From Torpedo marmorata (Eukaryota): a stretch of 64,000 bases of DNA. Of this stretch, positions 12,236 through 23,478 are shown piece after piece; the stretch's first letter is position 1; every line of letters starts with the position of its first letter. The DNA is taken from NCBI GenBank assembly GCA_977017645.1, contig OZ360229.1, forward strand, positions 111,910,001 through 111,974,000. The letters run 5' to 3'. The translations under genes were made by a program, and so were the position numbers. The notes under the pieces are model-generated. The model searched no databases. It was not told the origin of the DNA and was given only the letters and a program-made list of their open reading frames with translations.

Positions 12236-12626
12236 AACTGTTGCCTCTAAGCTGTGCGCGTGTGCTCGCGCACACACGTTTTGCAACCAGCGCACAAAGG
12301 AAATTAATGTGCGCACAAAAGGTTAGTTACCTAAAATAATGTAGTAATTAATAATTATACTTATTGAAAATAATCTCTTAGCTAACTGTTTTTGTTAACT
12401 AGTTAGTCAGTTAAACAAGTAGTTAATCATACTTGCATTATATTAAAACATGCCAATACAGTTTTATTTGCCATGAGAGATAGGCTGTGCCAAAATTATC
12501 TTGAAACAATTTCAAGTTTACATTTGCACAAGCATTCAGTGTGCACATACTTTTGTCACAGGAAAAAAAATTGCATAACATAAGATTTTTGCGCACACTG
12601 ACTACTAAAAATTAGAGGGAACATTG
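12236..12626. mobile_element. hAT-superfamily MITE
   Basis: 15-bp imperfect TIR (AACTGTTGCCTCTAA / TTAGAGGGAACATTG) and exact 8-bp TSD CTTATGAA at 12228-12235 and 12627-12634. Confidence 0.85.
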
Positions 12627-13221
12627 CTTATGAAGCAAAATCTTATTGTTCAAGTTGATTGTTTAACCTCTTTCTAGATACAATCGACAACCCCCATGGC
12701 TCTGTACTTTGGAGGCAATCACAGGTCTGAATTAATTCAACAGCAAGCAGCCAAAATAGCACCTAAGATTCACAATGACCTCAGTATCATTGAAGTGGGG
12801 TTGGGGGGAAGAGAGTTGGGAGTTGAAAGGAGGAACTGTCAGGATTCCAGTGACCTGTGCTCAACTTGTGAACATTCACTTGTTACATCCACCCTAGTTG
12901 ACTTGTCAACCATCCTAGGTATCGAGGGGAATGTCAAATATGATGGAATTGTAATCCAAGAGTGAATGTCTTTCAGAAAGAGTTGGAATAAAAATAAATA
13001 AACAAGATAAAAGTTACAAACTCATGCAATAAAGAAAATGGTGTTTTATTCCATTTAGAATGGAATGAAAAGGGAAATAACTAAACTTCTTGTGCTGTAA
13101 TTCCATGAACTATTACTCGTGTATGGTAAGGTGAATCAGTCAGTTGAAAATGTGAAAGCTAACAATATAAAGATTTAATTTTTTTCAGCATATCATAAGG
13201 AAAGATATAATCTTTAACAGG

Positions 13222-13361
13222 TGTGAAACAAGAAGATATGCAGATGCTATGGTTGTAGTAAATACACAACATTGCTGGAGAAACTCAGCAGGTCCTGTAG
13301 CATCCATAGGAGACAAAGATATATAACCAACATATTGGGCCTGAATCCTTCATCAAGGTAT
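13222..13361 (-). mobile_element. Short Penelope-like terminal fragment
   Basis: Reverse complement reads ATACCTTGATGAAGGATTCAGGCCC...GCTGAGTTTCTCCAGCA, matching the end of the element at 14735-15965. Confidence 0.7.
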
Positions 13362-14449
13362 GTAACTTTCAACACGAGTTGCTTCATGTATTTCAAATTG
13401 CAGATTCAGTGTACGGTGACAGCTCAAATCCCATCAAATCAGAAGCTGTTGAATTCTCATTGCCGAGAACTTCATCCAACTGGCCAGTTTTCCAATACAT
13501 TGCAAAGTAGCTATTCAAGTCATTTTTGCAGGCTGCATCATAGTTTTAAAAATCGTCACACCTGAATACCGAAGCACAGCGTCTGTGCTTATTTGATAAA
13601 TATTACACAGTCATTCGTTTGTGGTTAACGTTGCTCCCTATTCAATCAAAATCTGACATTTCCACATCGAGCAAAACCACACCAGAAAGTTGCCACTGCA
13701 GAATATTAAAACGTCTTTGGAAATATGTGGATTATATTGGTTCCAAAAAAACCCCACTACAAATGTTATTTCTCTCAACTAATTCAGAGTACGTCTTATT
13801 TTCAATGGATGACTAATTGATGAGGCATCTGAACTGCATTCTTTTGACTGCCTTTGACACAGAGCTCCTCTTGAGGGGGCAAAAAATCTGTCAGCAAGAA
13901 AATTAACCCCTATTTATATTGGAATTGAAAAACATAACCATATTTCAGACACATTTCAAAAACAGGTGTATGTTACTCAGATAATTTTATTTTTAAATTT
14001 GATTGCTGCTAAAAATGCCAGGTGGCACTTGTGGCAAGAATGTTTCACATTTTTCTGCCCAAAGGCTAATATTAAGGCTGAGCGTTATGTGATGAGACAA
14101 AGTGTGGACATGTTGAGACTGTCATACATGTTCAATAAATGAGGCAGTTGATCAGAGTAGTGAAGCTTTCTCTAAAAATTGCTTAAGTGTGCTAGAGAGG
14201 AAGGTATTCAAAATGGGCAACACACAGTTGGCATACAGAAAAATCTGATAGCTGCATTACCATCAAATCTACACATGAGTACACCATAGGAAGAGCCTGT
14301 CCGTCCACCAGGTCTGTACCGACCACAATACCAAATTAATCCAATCCCATTTACCTGCACACAATCTATACAACTCCCTGCATGTTCATGTATATGTCTA
14401 AATACCTCTAATGTCATGATCTTACTAGCTTCCACCAATATTAAGCACA

Positions 14450-14730
14450 ATTTATAGATCCTCAAAATGTGGCAATGCAAGTGGAAAACATGATTAAGAA
14501 GGCATTGGAGACACTGGCCTTTCGTCAGTGAACTGAGCAGAGTAGAGGTGATGTTCCAACTGTACAAACTCTTGATCAGACCTCAGCTGGAGTACTGCAT
14601 GCATTTCTGTCATCAAGATGTAGGCAGGATGTGATGTGCTGGAGAGGGTGCAGAGGAGATTCACCAGACTGTTAGCTGGGATGGAGAGGAAAGACTGGAG
14701 AAGCAATATCGGCTCTCCCTAGAGCAGAGG
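14450..14730 (+). mobile_element. CR1 LINE fragment (continues at about 16125-16378 after the Penelope insertion)
   Basis: CAACTGTACAAACTCTTGATCAGACCTCAGCTGGAGTACTGC (LYKLLIRPQLEYC) and CTGGAGAGGGTGCAGAGGAGATTCACCAG (LERVQRRFT). Confidence 0.7.
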
Positions 14731-14734
14731 TCCA

Positions 14735-15965
14735 TCTCTAGCAACACTCTCCCTTTCCTCAAACTATCTCCATCTCAGGAGACAAACACTCAACAGACAT
14801 CTTCTACAAACCCACCAACTCCCACAGCTACACCTCTTCACAGCCTGTCCCCTGTAAGGATTCCATCCATTCTCTCAATTCCTCTGTCTCCGTCGCATCT
14901 GTGCCATGCCAGATCATCAGAGATATCCTCCTTCTTCAAACAATGTGGCTTTCCCTCTACCTACATTAACTCGGCCCTCACCTGCATATCCCCCATTACC
15001 TGCACATCTGCCCTGGCCCCCTCCGCCCCCACATGCAACAAGGACAGGATTCCTCTTGTCCTCACCTACCACCCTCCATGTCCAACACATCCTCCTCTGC
15101 CATTTCTGCCACCTACTACGTGATCCCATCACTAGACACATATTCCCCTCTCCTCCCCTGTCCGCCTTCTGCAGGGACCGCTCCCTCTGTGACTCCCTTG
15201 TCCACTCCTCCCTCCCCACCAATCGTCCCCTTGGGACCTACCCCTGCGACCGCAGGAGATGCTCCACTTGAGCCCATACCTCCTCCCTCACTACAATTCA
15301 GAGCCCCAAACTGTCCTTCCAAGTGAAGCAACATTTCACTTGTGAATCTACAGAGGTCATCTACTGCATCCGGTGCTCCCGTTGTGGTCGCCTCTACATT
15401 GGAGAGACTGGGAACAGACTGGGAGATCGCTTGGTTGAGCACCTCAGCTCTGTCCGCCGCAATAGCTCCCAGTGGCCACCCATTTCAAATCCCCATCCCA
15501 TTCCCTTGCTGAAATATCTGTCCATGGTCTCATGCCCTGCCAGACTGAGACCACCCACAAATTAAAGGAACTTCACATCAATCTTCCGACTGGGCACCCT
15601 CCAACCGGATGGCATTGATATCTATGGCTTTCATTAAACCCCCCCCCCTCATTTCTTCCCCGTCCCTTTCCCCCAGCTCTGTCTCTCTCCCTTTTCCTCG
15701 TCTCCTTTTGTACAGACATAACCAATTCTCACCTCTCCCCTTATCATATCTAATTAACACCTTTTGTTGGTCTGGATTCCTCCCCCAGCCAGCACATTCT
15801 GTATTCTGAGATTTCCTGTTTCTTGCTCATTCCTTGAAGAAGCGCTCAGGCCCAAAATGTCGGTAATATATCTTTGTCTCCTATGGACGCTGAAAAACCG
15901 GCTGAATTCCTCCAGCATTTTGGTGTGTTTTTACAACAATCATGGTATCTGCAGTCTTTCGCGTT
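14735..15965 (+). mobile_element. Penelope-like retroelement: degenerate RT C-terminus, GIY-YIG endonuclease and terminal region
   Basis: TDIFYKPTNSHSY; QFLCLRRIC; ORF 15323 FTCESTEVIYCIRCSRCGRLYIGETGNRLGDRLVEH; hammerhead-like motif at about 15829-15867. Confidence 0.9.
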
Positions 15966-16039
15966 TCACTGAGGTTAAGAGAGGATACCATTGTGTTGTG
16001 TGAATGTATAAGGGATGTGGATAGGGCAGGCTTCAGAAA

Positions 16040-16122
16040 GCTTTCCCCCCCATGAAAGAAGTTCATGTATGTTACATTCTAAATGTAGTATTACGTGACA
16101 ATAATGGAACCTTTACCTTTAC
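16040..16122 (+). mobile_element. 3' fragment of the SINE3 family
   Basis: AAAGAAGTTCATGTATGTTACATTCTAAATGTAGTATTACGTGACAATAATGGAACCTTTACCTTTAC nearly identical to 3457-3525. Confidence 0.75.
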
Positions 16123-16436
16123 ATCAGGAGGTAGATGAAACCAGAGGAGATATTTTAGGGCAATGTGGAAGAGATTTGAAGGAGACTTTCTTCACCCGGA
16201 GAGAGTGGTAAGAACCTAGAATCCACTCCCTGAGTAAATGTTTGAAGCTGGGCCCCTGACAACAATTAAGTGTCTCGATAAACATTTAAATGTTTTAGGC
16301 GCAGAGGGCCATGGACCAAGTGCTGTCTAGCTCAGGGTGGAGAGCAGACTTGATGGGCCGATAGGCCTACTTCTGTTCCTTTATCTTGTGATGGGTTTAA
16401 TATCGAAGCATGGCCACTGGTTCTTACAGACAAGTT

Positions 16437-16625
16437 TCACTGAATGTTTTCATGCTGCACGATTCTATGAATGCTGATGAGTAGAATGACTGGACAAGTA
16501 TTAGCCAGATTGGATTTGAATCGAGCAATCTTCAATATTGCTGGGTAACTGTAACAGTACCAGAACTCCTTGGCCAGAAGTGCAGCTATTTCAGAACTGC
16601 AGTTGGAATGCTGCCTGGTCCCCAA
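16437..16625 (-). mobile_element. Ancient LINE RT remnant
   Basis: CSSEIAALLAKEF...YPAILKIA...KSNLANTCPVILL resembles the RT N-terminal WKxAxVxPxxK...PxNYRPISL motif. Confidence 0.55.
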
Positions 16626-16669
16626 AAATTAAGCATTTAGTGCCTTCTGCCTTTTTATGATATGGTATG

Positions 16670-17482
16670 GAGTGAAACACTAAAGTCTGCAGTCACTGTG
16701 GTTGTAGTAAAAACACATGCTGGAGGAACTGAGCAGGTCTTGCAGCATTCATAGGAGGTATATAACCGATGTTTTGGGCCTGAGCCCTTCTTCAAGGTAT
16801 GAGTAAACAGGAGGCAGGTGCCTGAATTAAAAGGCTGGGGAGAGGCGACCTACAGGCAGAAGGTGTTAATTGGATATTAGGAGTACAGGAGAGTGGAAAA
16901 GTGAGAATTTGTGGAACGGGTATTTTTGGTTCTGTGAAAGCAGAGCTGGGGGAAAGGAGTCAGAGGGAAAAGGGAAGAAAGAGAGAGACAGAGCTCGAGG
17001 ATAGGAGGCAGGGAAAGTGGGGGGGGGGAGGTGGTGGTGGTGAATGGAGGAGTGGATGAGGGAATCACAGAGAGAGTAGTCCCTGCAGAAGGTGGGGAGG
17101 GGAGGAGAAGGGAAGATGCGTCTGGTGGTGGGATCACGTTAGGTGGAAGAAATAAATGGCAGAGGATGATATGTTGAATGCGGAGGCTGGTGGGGTGGTA
17201 GGTGAGGTCAAGGGGAATCCTGTCCTTGTTGCGCGTGAGGGCAGAGGGGGCCAGGACAGATGTGCGGGTAATGGAGGATATGCGAGTGAGTGCCAAGTTG
17301 ATGGTGATTGAGGAGAAGCCATGTTTTTTGAAGAACGAGGACATCGTGGATGATCTGGCATGGAAGACCTCGTCCTGGGAACAGATGCGATGGAGAAATT
17401 GAGAGAAAGGAATCAAATCCGTACTGGGGCCAGGGTATGAAGAGGTGTAGTTGACGTAGCTGTGGGTTGGTGGGTTTGTCAA
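16670..17482 (-). mobile_element. Penelope-like element, internally deleted
   Basis: PTHSYVNYTSSYP...IPFSQFLHRICSQDEVF...NKDRIPLDLTYHPTSLRIQHIIL; same terminal motif at 16783-16800 region. Confidence 0.85.
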
Positions 17483-19146
17483 ATCAAATTGAGGAGCATG
17501 AGGATCAGATGATTAAGCCAAAGTCTTACACAAAGCAACACTTTTAGTGCAGGTCTAACTCAATATTGCAGACCATCTCAACATCAGTCTTCAAATCACA
17601 GTCTTTTAATAAGTTAATTGCAGCAAGTAAAAAAACTATGAAGTGGCCTGCTTCAATTGAGTTAATTGCAAATTTGGACTATCTACTCAGACCCTGTGAA
17701 TATACTGTATATTTTAATAAAGTGAATACTTGCTGGGAATCTTTGGACATGTGCACATCCATTGGCAAGTGTGATTGAAAAGTTCTACAAATTCAGTTCA
17801 CTTTTTGATTGAGCAAATTACCACAAAGTGTTACACAAGTGCTTGTGTGTGTGGATTCCAAGTTATGTGTAGTGCACCAGAAAATAAATGTTTCTTTATG
17901 AAAGATAAACCACTGTATTATGCATTCAGCTACTCAGCACATCCGATGGATAAATTAAGGATTCTGAACATGATATGCAATTTGTTTGCCTTAAGTAGGA
18001 TTTTACCAGGACGAGATTCTAATCAGAGGCAGATAGAATTAACACAAGCATTCAAATCAATAATTTAAGGGAATCCATCAGTCTCTATTAGTAACTCAAT
18101 TTTCACAGGGAAAGTTTTAGGCAGATGAAAAGAAAGCTTCAAGTTCAAATCAGCACTTCAATGATCTGCACACGTGCTAGGATTGTAATATTTTTAACCA
18201 GCAAAGCTATCTTTTCAGGGAAGCATCACCAGGCGAAGTGGATTGTAAAAAGTTGGCACAGTTGAGTATATCCATTGATTCCACTGCTTCACAAACTAAA
18301 AGCAGCACATAATTGCATGAAAACAAGGCCAACTGTCAGTCAATTAATTCAATCAACTGAAATCGCATTACAGTTGAACATCTTCAAAGCCCCCACAACC
18401 AGCCTTTGCTAATTCTAATTCCACACATGTAACCTTCATAGTTCAAGTGAAAACTAATGTATTTTTTCTTTCACCTTATTTTCAAGAAAGGCAATGCATT
18501 AAATGCAAGTCATCAACAATCGAGAAAAGTCACTTTAGCTGTGAGCTCTCGAATCAAGACATAAACTAATAATGTTCAAAAAGTACACAGGCCATAAACT
18601 AAATCTGCATCCCAGTGCAAAAATGAAAGGTTTTAGAGCAAATTATGGTTGTAAAGAAGAACATGAGTATCTTGGATAATTGGCAAATTTGGACCAATAG
18701 TGGGGATTTCAGGGAACCCAATCTTTAATAGGCCATGAAACTTCTCTTTTAGTTATTTTTTGGTCATGGACCATTGTGGACCTGGGAATCTGGCTATTGC
18801 TGCAATGAAGGTTTCACTTTGTTGGCTTTACCATCTAAAAACAATTAGATCTCAGTCATTCTCTGCCAGCATCATCACTTAAACAACATGCTTGAAAATC
18901 CTTTGCCTGCTGGATTTATTGGCATGTTGATCATTGAGGAAGGGTGGAAACTTATTTGGAAATGGTGAAATCCAAGGACTATCCTTGTGAGGAAAGAATC
19001 AATCAAATCCCTATTTTCTTTGCTCATACATGACACCTAAATCGTGTGCTGCCTTGGCCCAGAGACCCAGAGTTCCCTTTCTAAGACGTCTTCAGTCAAC
19101 CCCCTTCCCTGAAAATACTCCTTGCAAATTATTTCTTTAGCCAAAG

Positions 19147-20688
19147 TGTGGTAAACCACTTTGTATAGGTTGTGGCTGGGTGATATGTCTGGACATGCCC
19201 TCTGCTGACTGTCCCGGTGGCTCCTCCCACAGACCCCCTGAATAAAGGCCATTGTGCAACCACTCCTCCCCCAGTCCGGGACAGATTACCAGCACGGATG
19301 TAGCTCCATTCTTTTGCTAATAAAAGCCTTTCAGTTCAAGTACAACTTCAAGTCTTTTGAAGTTATTGATGGGCTCATCAATTTTATTATCAAAATTGTA
19401 AGCATGGAGAATGTCTTGAGACCAGACAAGCTGGACCTCGATCCACAAACACCAGAGGCCGGCAATGCTTTCGAACTCTGGCTAGCCTGCTTTGAGTCAT
19501 TCCTGGAGGAGATCAAGGTACAAGAAGACGCTGCAAAATGCAAAATCCTCCTCTCTAGTGTAAGCCCACGAGTCTACTCCATGATCCAAGACCTGCAGAC
19601 TTACGAAGAAGCCATGGCTGCCCTTAAAAGACAATATGTATGGCCAGTTAATACAGTATACGCGTGACACCGGCTAGCGACGCGGCAGCAGTGGCCTGGG
19701 GAGTCGAGCGTGGAGTTCGCCCGGGCCCTACAGACACTCGTGCGGGCCTACGACTGCCAGGGACTGACAGCCGAACAACACGCAGAGCTCCTAGTAAGAG
19801 ACTCTTTCGTTACAGGGACCAGGTCAGTGTACGTGCGCCAGCGGCTGCTGGAACAAGTTGACCTCACCTTCCGTTCGGCGATAGAGCTGGCCGATACAAT
19901 GGAGGTCACGTTGCAGAACTCCGACGCTATCCAGGCGCGCAATCTCCCGCTGGCTCCGTGGATACCGTAGATCCCACATCATGCCGGTGAATCGACTACA
20001 ACTGCTGTCAGCCGTGAGTCCGAGAAATGTTACTTCTGCAGACTCGAAAAGCACCCCAGAAAACGTTGCCCGGCCCGAGAAGCGACATGCTTCAGCTGCA
20101 GGAAGAAATGCCATTTTGCCAAGGTCTGTAGATCTAAACTGCGAGCAGGATCGAGCAGCGCTGCGTGCGAGGCATGGTGGTCACCATTGTTGCCGTCGCC
20201 ATCTTGCCCATCCGCCGCCATCTTTTGTGTCGTCACTTCCGTCGCCGCCATCTTACTTACCCGCGGCCAACACGTGCGAGTCATGGGAGCGGCCATTTTG
20301 TTCGACGCCATCGCGCAGACACAGGGCGACGCCATCCCGGAACACCAGGCACTCCATCGCGTCGGATCAAGACAGTGACTCAACGTTGGCATCCGTTACA
20401 CTCGACCAGAGTGCACCCCACCAACTCGCGAGGTCGATAATGGACATCCTGGTCGAGGGACACAGGACAAACTGTCTGTTCGACACGGGCAGCACAGAGA
20501 GCTTCATCCTCCCAGACACGGTACAGCGATGCAGCCTCAGGACTCAGCAAGTAAGCCAGAGGGTTGCCATGGCATCTGGGTCGCACACAACAGACATTCG
20601 GGGGGGTTGTGTAGCGACACTAGTGGTGCAGGACACTGAATATTGGGACTTTACGCTATTGGTCATGCCCTAACTGTGTGCCCCTATA
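19147..20688 (+). mobile_element. Truncated Ty3/Gypsy LTR retrotransposon (5' LTR, gag, protease)
   Basis: Putative LTR about 19147-19380 (TG...CA, AATAAA near 19319); gag from ATG 19404 (MENVLRPDKLDLDPQ); zinc knuckles CYFCRLEKHPRKRC and CFSCRKKCHFAKVC; protease LFDTGSTESFI; frameshift near 19665 and stops at 19968 and 20671. Confidence 0.85.
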
Positions 20689-21009
20689 CCAAGTTGGCAT
20701 CGTGGGCTCGTCTCATTTGCCTGTATTTGATCCATGTCCTTCTAAACCCATCCTTTAAAGTTGCAATATTGCAACTTTAACAGGTAACAGGTGAAAGGCA
20801 ACAGGCTAAGCACATTCACAAAGCAAGGACAATCTCAAAATGGTGGCTGATTCATTGAAATCATTCTCAACTATTAACTTACTCTTTATCGCCAGTTATT
20901 TGGGACACAAACAGGCCTTTGGCCCAACTTCTCCATGCTACTTGGCTCTTCCCATTTGGCACATATCCACCCAAAACAATTACTATGCATGTACCTATCA
21001 AAATGTATT

Positions 21010-22015
21010 TTAAAATGCAGAAGGACTTGGGAGTGCTCGTGTATGAATCGCAAAAGGTTGGTTTGCAGGTGCAGGAGGCTATCAAGAAGGCAAATGGAAT
21101 AAAATAAAAACACAAAGCTGGAGAAACTCAGCAGGTCAAAGAGTGTCCTTTATATAGCAAAGATAAAAATACATAACCGACATTTCAGGCTAGAGCTTTT
21201 CACCAAGGTATGGAAAAATGTTGGCAGGTGTCTGAATAAAAAGGTAAGGGGGGAGGCGTGAGGGGAGGAGCATGGTAGCTTGAGAGCAGCAGGGATTACA
21301 GATGGGAAGCAGTGAGAAAGAATCCCACAGAACTCCCTTCGGAGAGCAAAGGAGAACTTCTTCAGGGTAGGCATCCCACGAAGAGATTTCACAGAGTTTT
21401 GCAGTTGGCCTTCATTACTAAAGGGATTGAATTTAGGAGCAGGGAGGTTATGCTGCAACTGTAAAGGTACTGGTGAGGCCGCATCTGGAGTACTGCGTAC
21501 AATTCTGGTCTCCTTTCTTGAGGAAGGATATACTGGCTTTGGAGGTGGTGCAGAGGAGGTTCACCAGGTTGATTCCAGAGATGACAGGTTAGCCTATGAG
21601 GAGAGATTGAGTCATCTGGGACTGTAATCACTGGAATTTAGAAGAATGAGAGGAGATGGAAATGTAGAAAATTATGAAAGGAATAGATAAGATAGAGGTC
21701 AGTAAGTTGTTTCCATTGGTGGGGGAGATTGGAACTTGGGGATATAGCTTTAAGATTCAGGGTAGTAGATTAAGGATGGAGATGAGGAGGAAATGCTTTT
21801 CCCAGAGGGTGGTGAATCTGTGGAATTCTCTGCCCATTGAAACAGTGGAAGCTACCTCAGTAAATATATTTAAGACATAGTAGGGGAATTGAGGGGGGAA
21901 AAGGCAGGTAGATGGAGATGAGCCTATTATCAGATCAGCCATGATCTCATTGAATGGCAGAACAGGCACGACGGGCCGGTTGGCCTACTCCTATTTCTTA
22001 TAATTTTTATGTTCT
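21010..22015 (+). mobile_element. CR1 LINE 3' portion, interrupted by a Penelope-like fragment (about 21101-21403, minus)
   Basis: QKDLGVLVYESQKV...AIKKANG; [13 protein letters not shown]; MRRKCFSQRVVNLWNSLP; CR1 sequence resumes across the insert (GGAAT|GTTGGCCTTCATT). Confidence 0.85.
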
Positions 22016-23256
22016 TGTGCTCTAAAATTATAATTAACATATTAGAACCATATGCTTGTCCTGCAACATTTTAGATCCAATGATTCACAATTTTAAAAAT
22101 AAAAACAAACTGCAATTGCTGTAAATCTGAAATAACCAAAAATTCTCAATGTTCAGCAGCTCAGGCAATGAAAGGTCATCAACTTGTAAAATCAACTCTT
22201 TTCATCTCCACAGATGCTGCCTCTCCTGCATGTTGCTTTTCTTATTTTAGTCAAAAGTTAGATTTGCTTTGAGAATTTCAGGCCAATGGCAATGAGCAAC
22301 CAAAGCAGCAAGATATCAACAATGCAAATTCCAATAAGGCACACAAACACTTTGTTGAATGGAATCCTGCAGTAGGGATTGAAATTCATTTGAACTGTCC
22401 ATGATATTTACAATACATTTGCATCTTAAATGCTTTATTTAAAAAAAATAACACAAGAACAGCTGAGTTTCTCCACCACTTCCGTGTATTGTAATACATC
22501 AAGTCTAAGTCTATTTTCAGCACATTGGAATTCAATTTGCAATGAACCAATGTATTAATGATCACCCACATGCAGTAGGGGTGACTGGACGTAAATCATG
22601 AGCCAACAGATGAGGAATCCAGCATCTGGCGTCTATGGCCATGCCAAGTACAATCAGTATTAAACATAAGCCATGGCAGTAAAGTTTAGGATGATGTGGC
22701 AGAGAATCATTTAGCTCATACATTGGATGGAGCTTCTGTGACCAAAAGGTTATCGAAGAGAAGTAACGTCTTTCAAGTTTGTTCAGCAAACAATTGGATT
22801 TAAAGCAAAAGAAAAGTTGGTGGAAAAACTTAGCAGCAGCTGCGAAGAGAAATGGAGAGTCGACACTTCAGGTTGAGACTCTTCATCAAGACTCGAGATG
22901 CTCCAGATTCCAGCATCAGCAGTCTCTCCAACAGGATTTAACACTCAGCAGCACAGAACCATTTTTATAATTTATCTTTGGTACATAAAATGATTGAAAG
23001 CAAACTTGACCTGATGAGTTTCTCCAGCAATTTTGTGTATTCACTACAATCACAGTGGCTGGAGACTTTCCTGTTTAAGAGCAAACTTGTATTGTTTGTG
23101 CAATGTATAACTGAATTTAAAGATGCAATTGTGTAATTTATTTCATATACAACCAGGAACATATTGGTTCCTAGAAAATATTCACTATTCTGCATGCACA
23201 AGCAAGAGCTAAAATTTACTTTAGTCTAAGTTGCTGAAAGCAGAGTGGCTCCAATA

Positions 23257-23478
23257 ATTTAAATTTTAAATTCAGACATACAGTACGGTAATGGGCCCTT
23301 TCAGCCCACAAGCCCGTTCCGCCCAATTGACCTACAACCCCAGTAAGTTTTGAAGGGTGGGAGGAGACGGGATCACTCTGCAGAGACGGGAGAATGTACA
23401 AACTCCTTATAGATAGTGCCAGATTCAAACCCCAGTCGCTGGCGCTGTAACAGCGTTGCACTAACTGTGCCGCCCAGC
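23257..23478 (-). mobile_element. tRNA-derived V-domain SINE (duplicated at 36254-36475)
   Basis: Homologous to 10255-10501. Confidence 0.8.
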
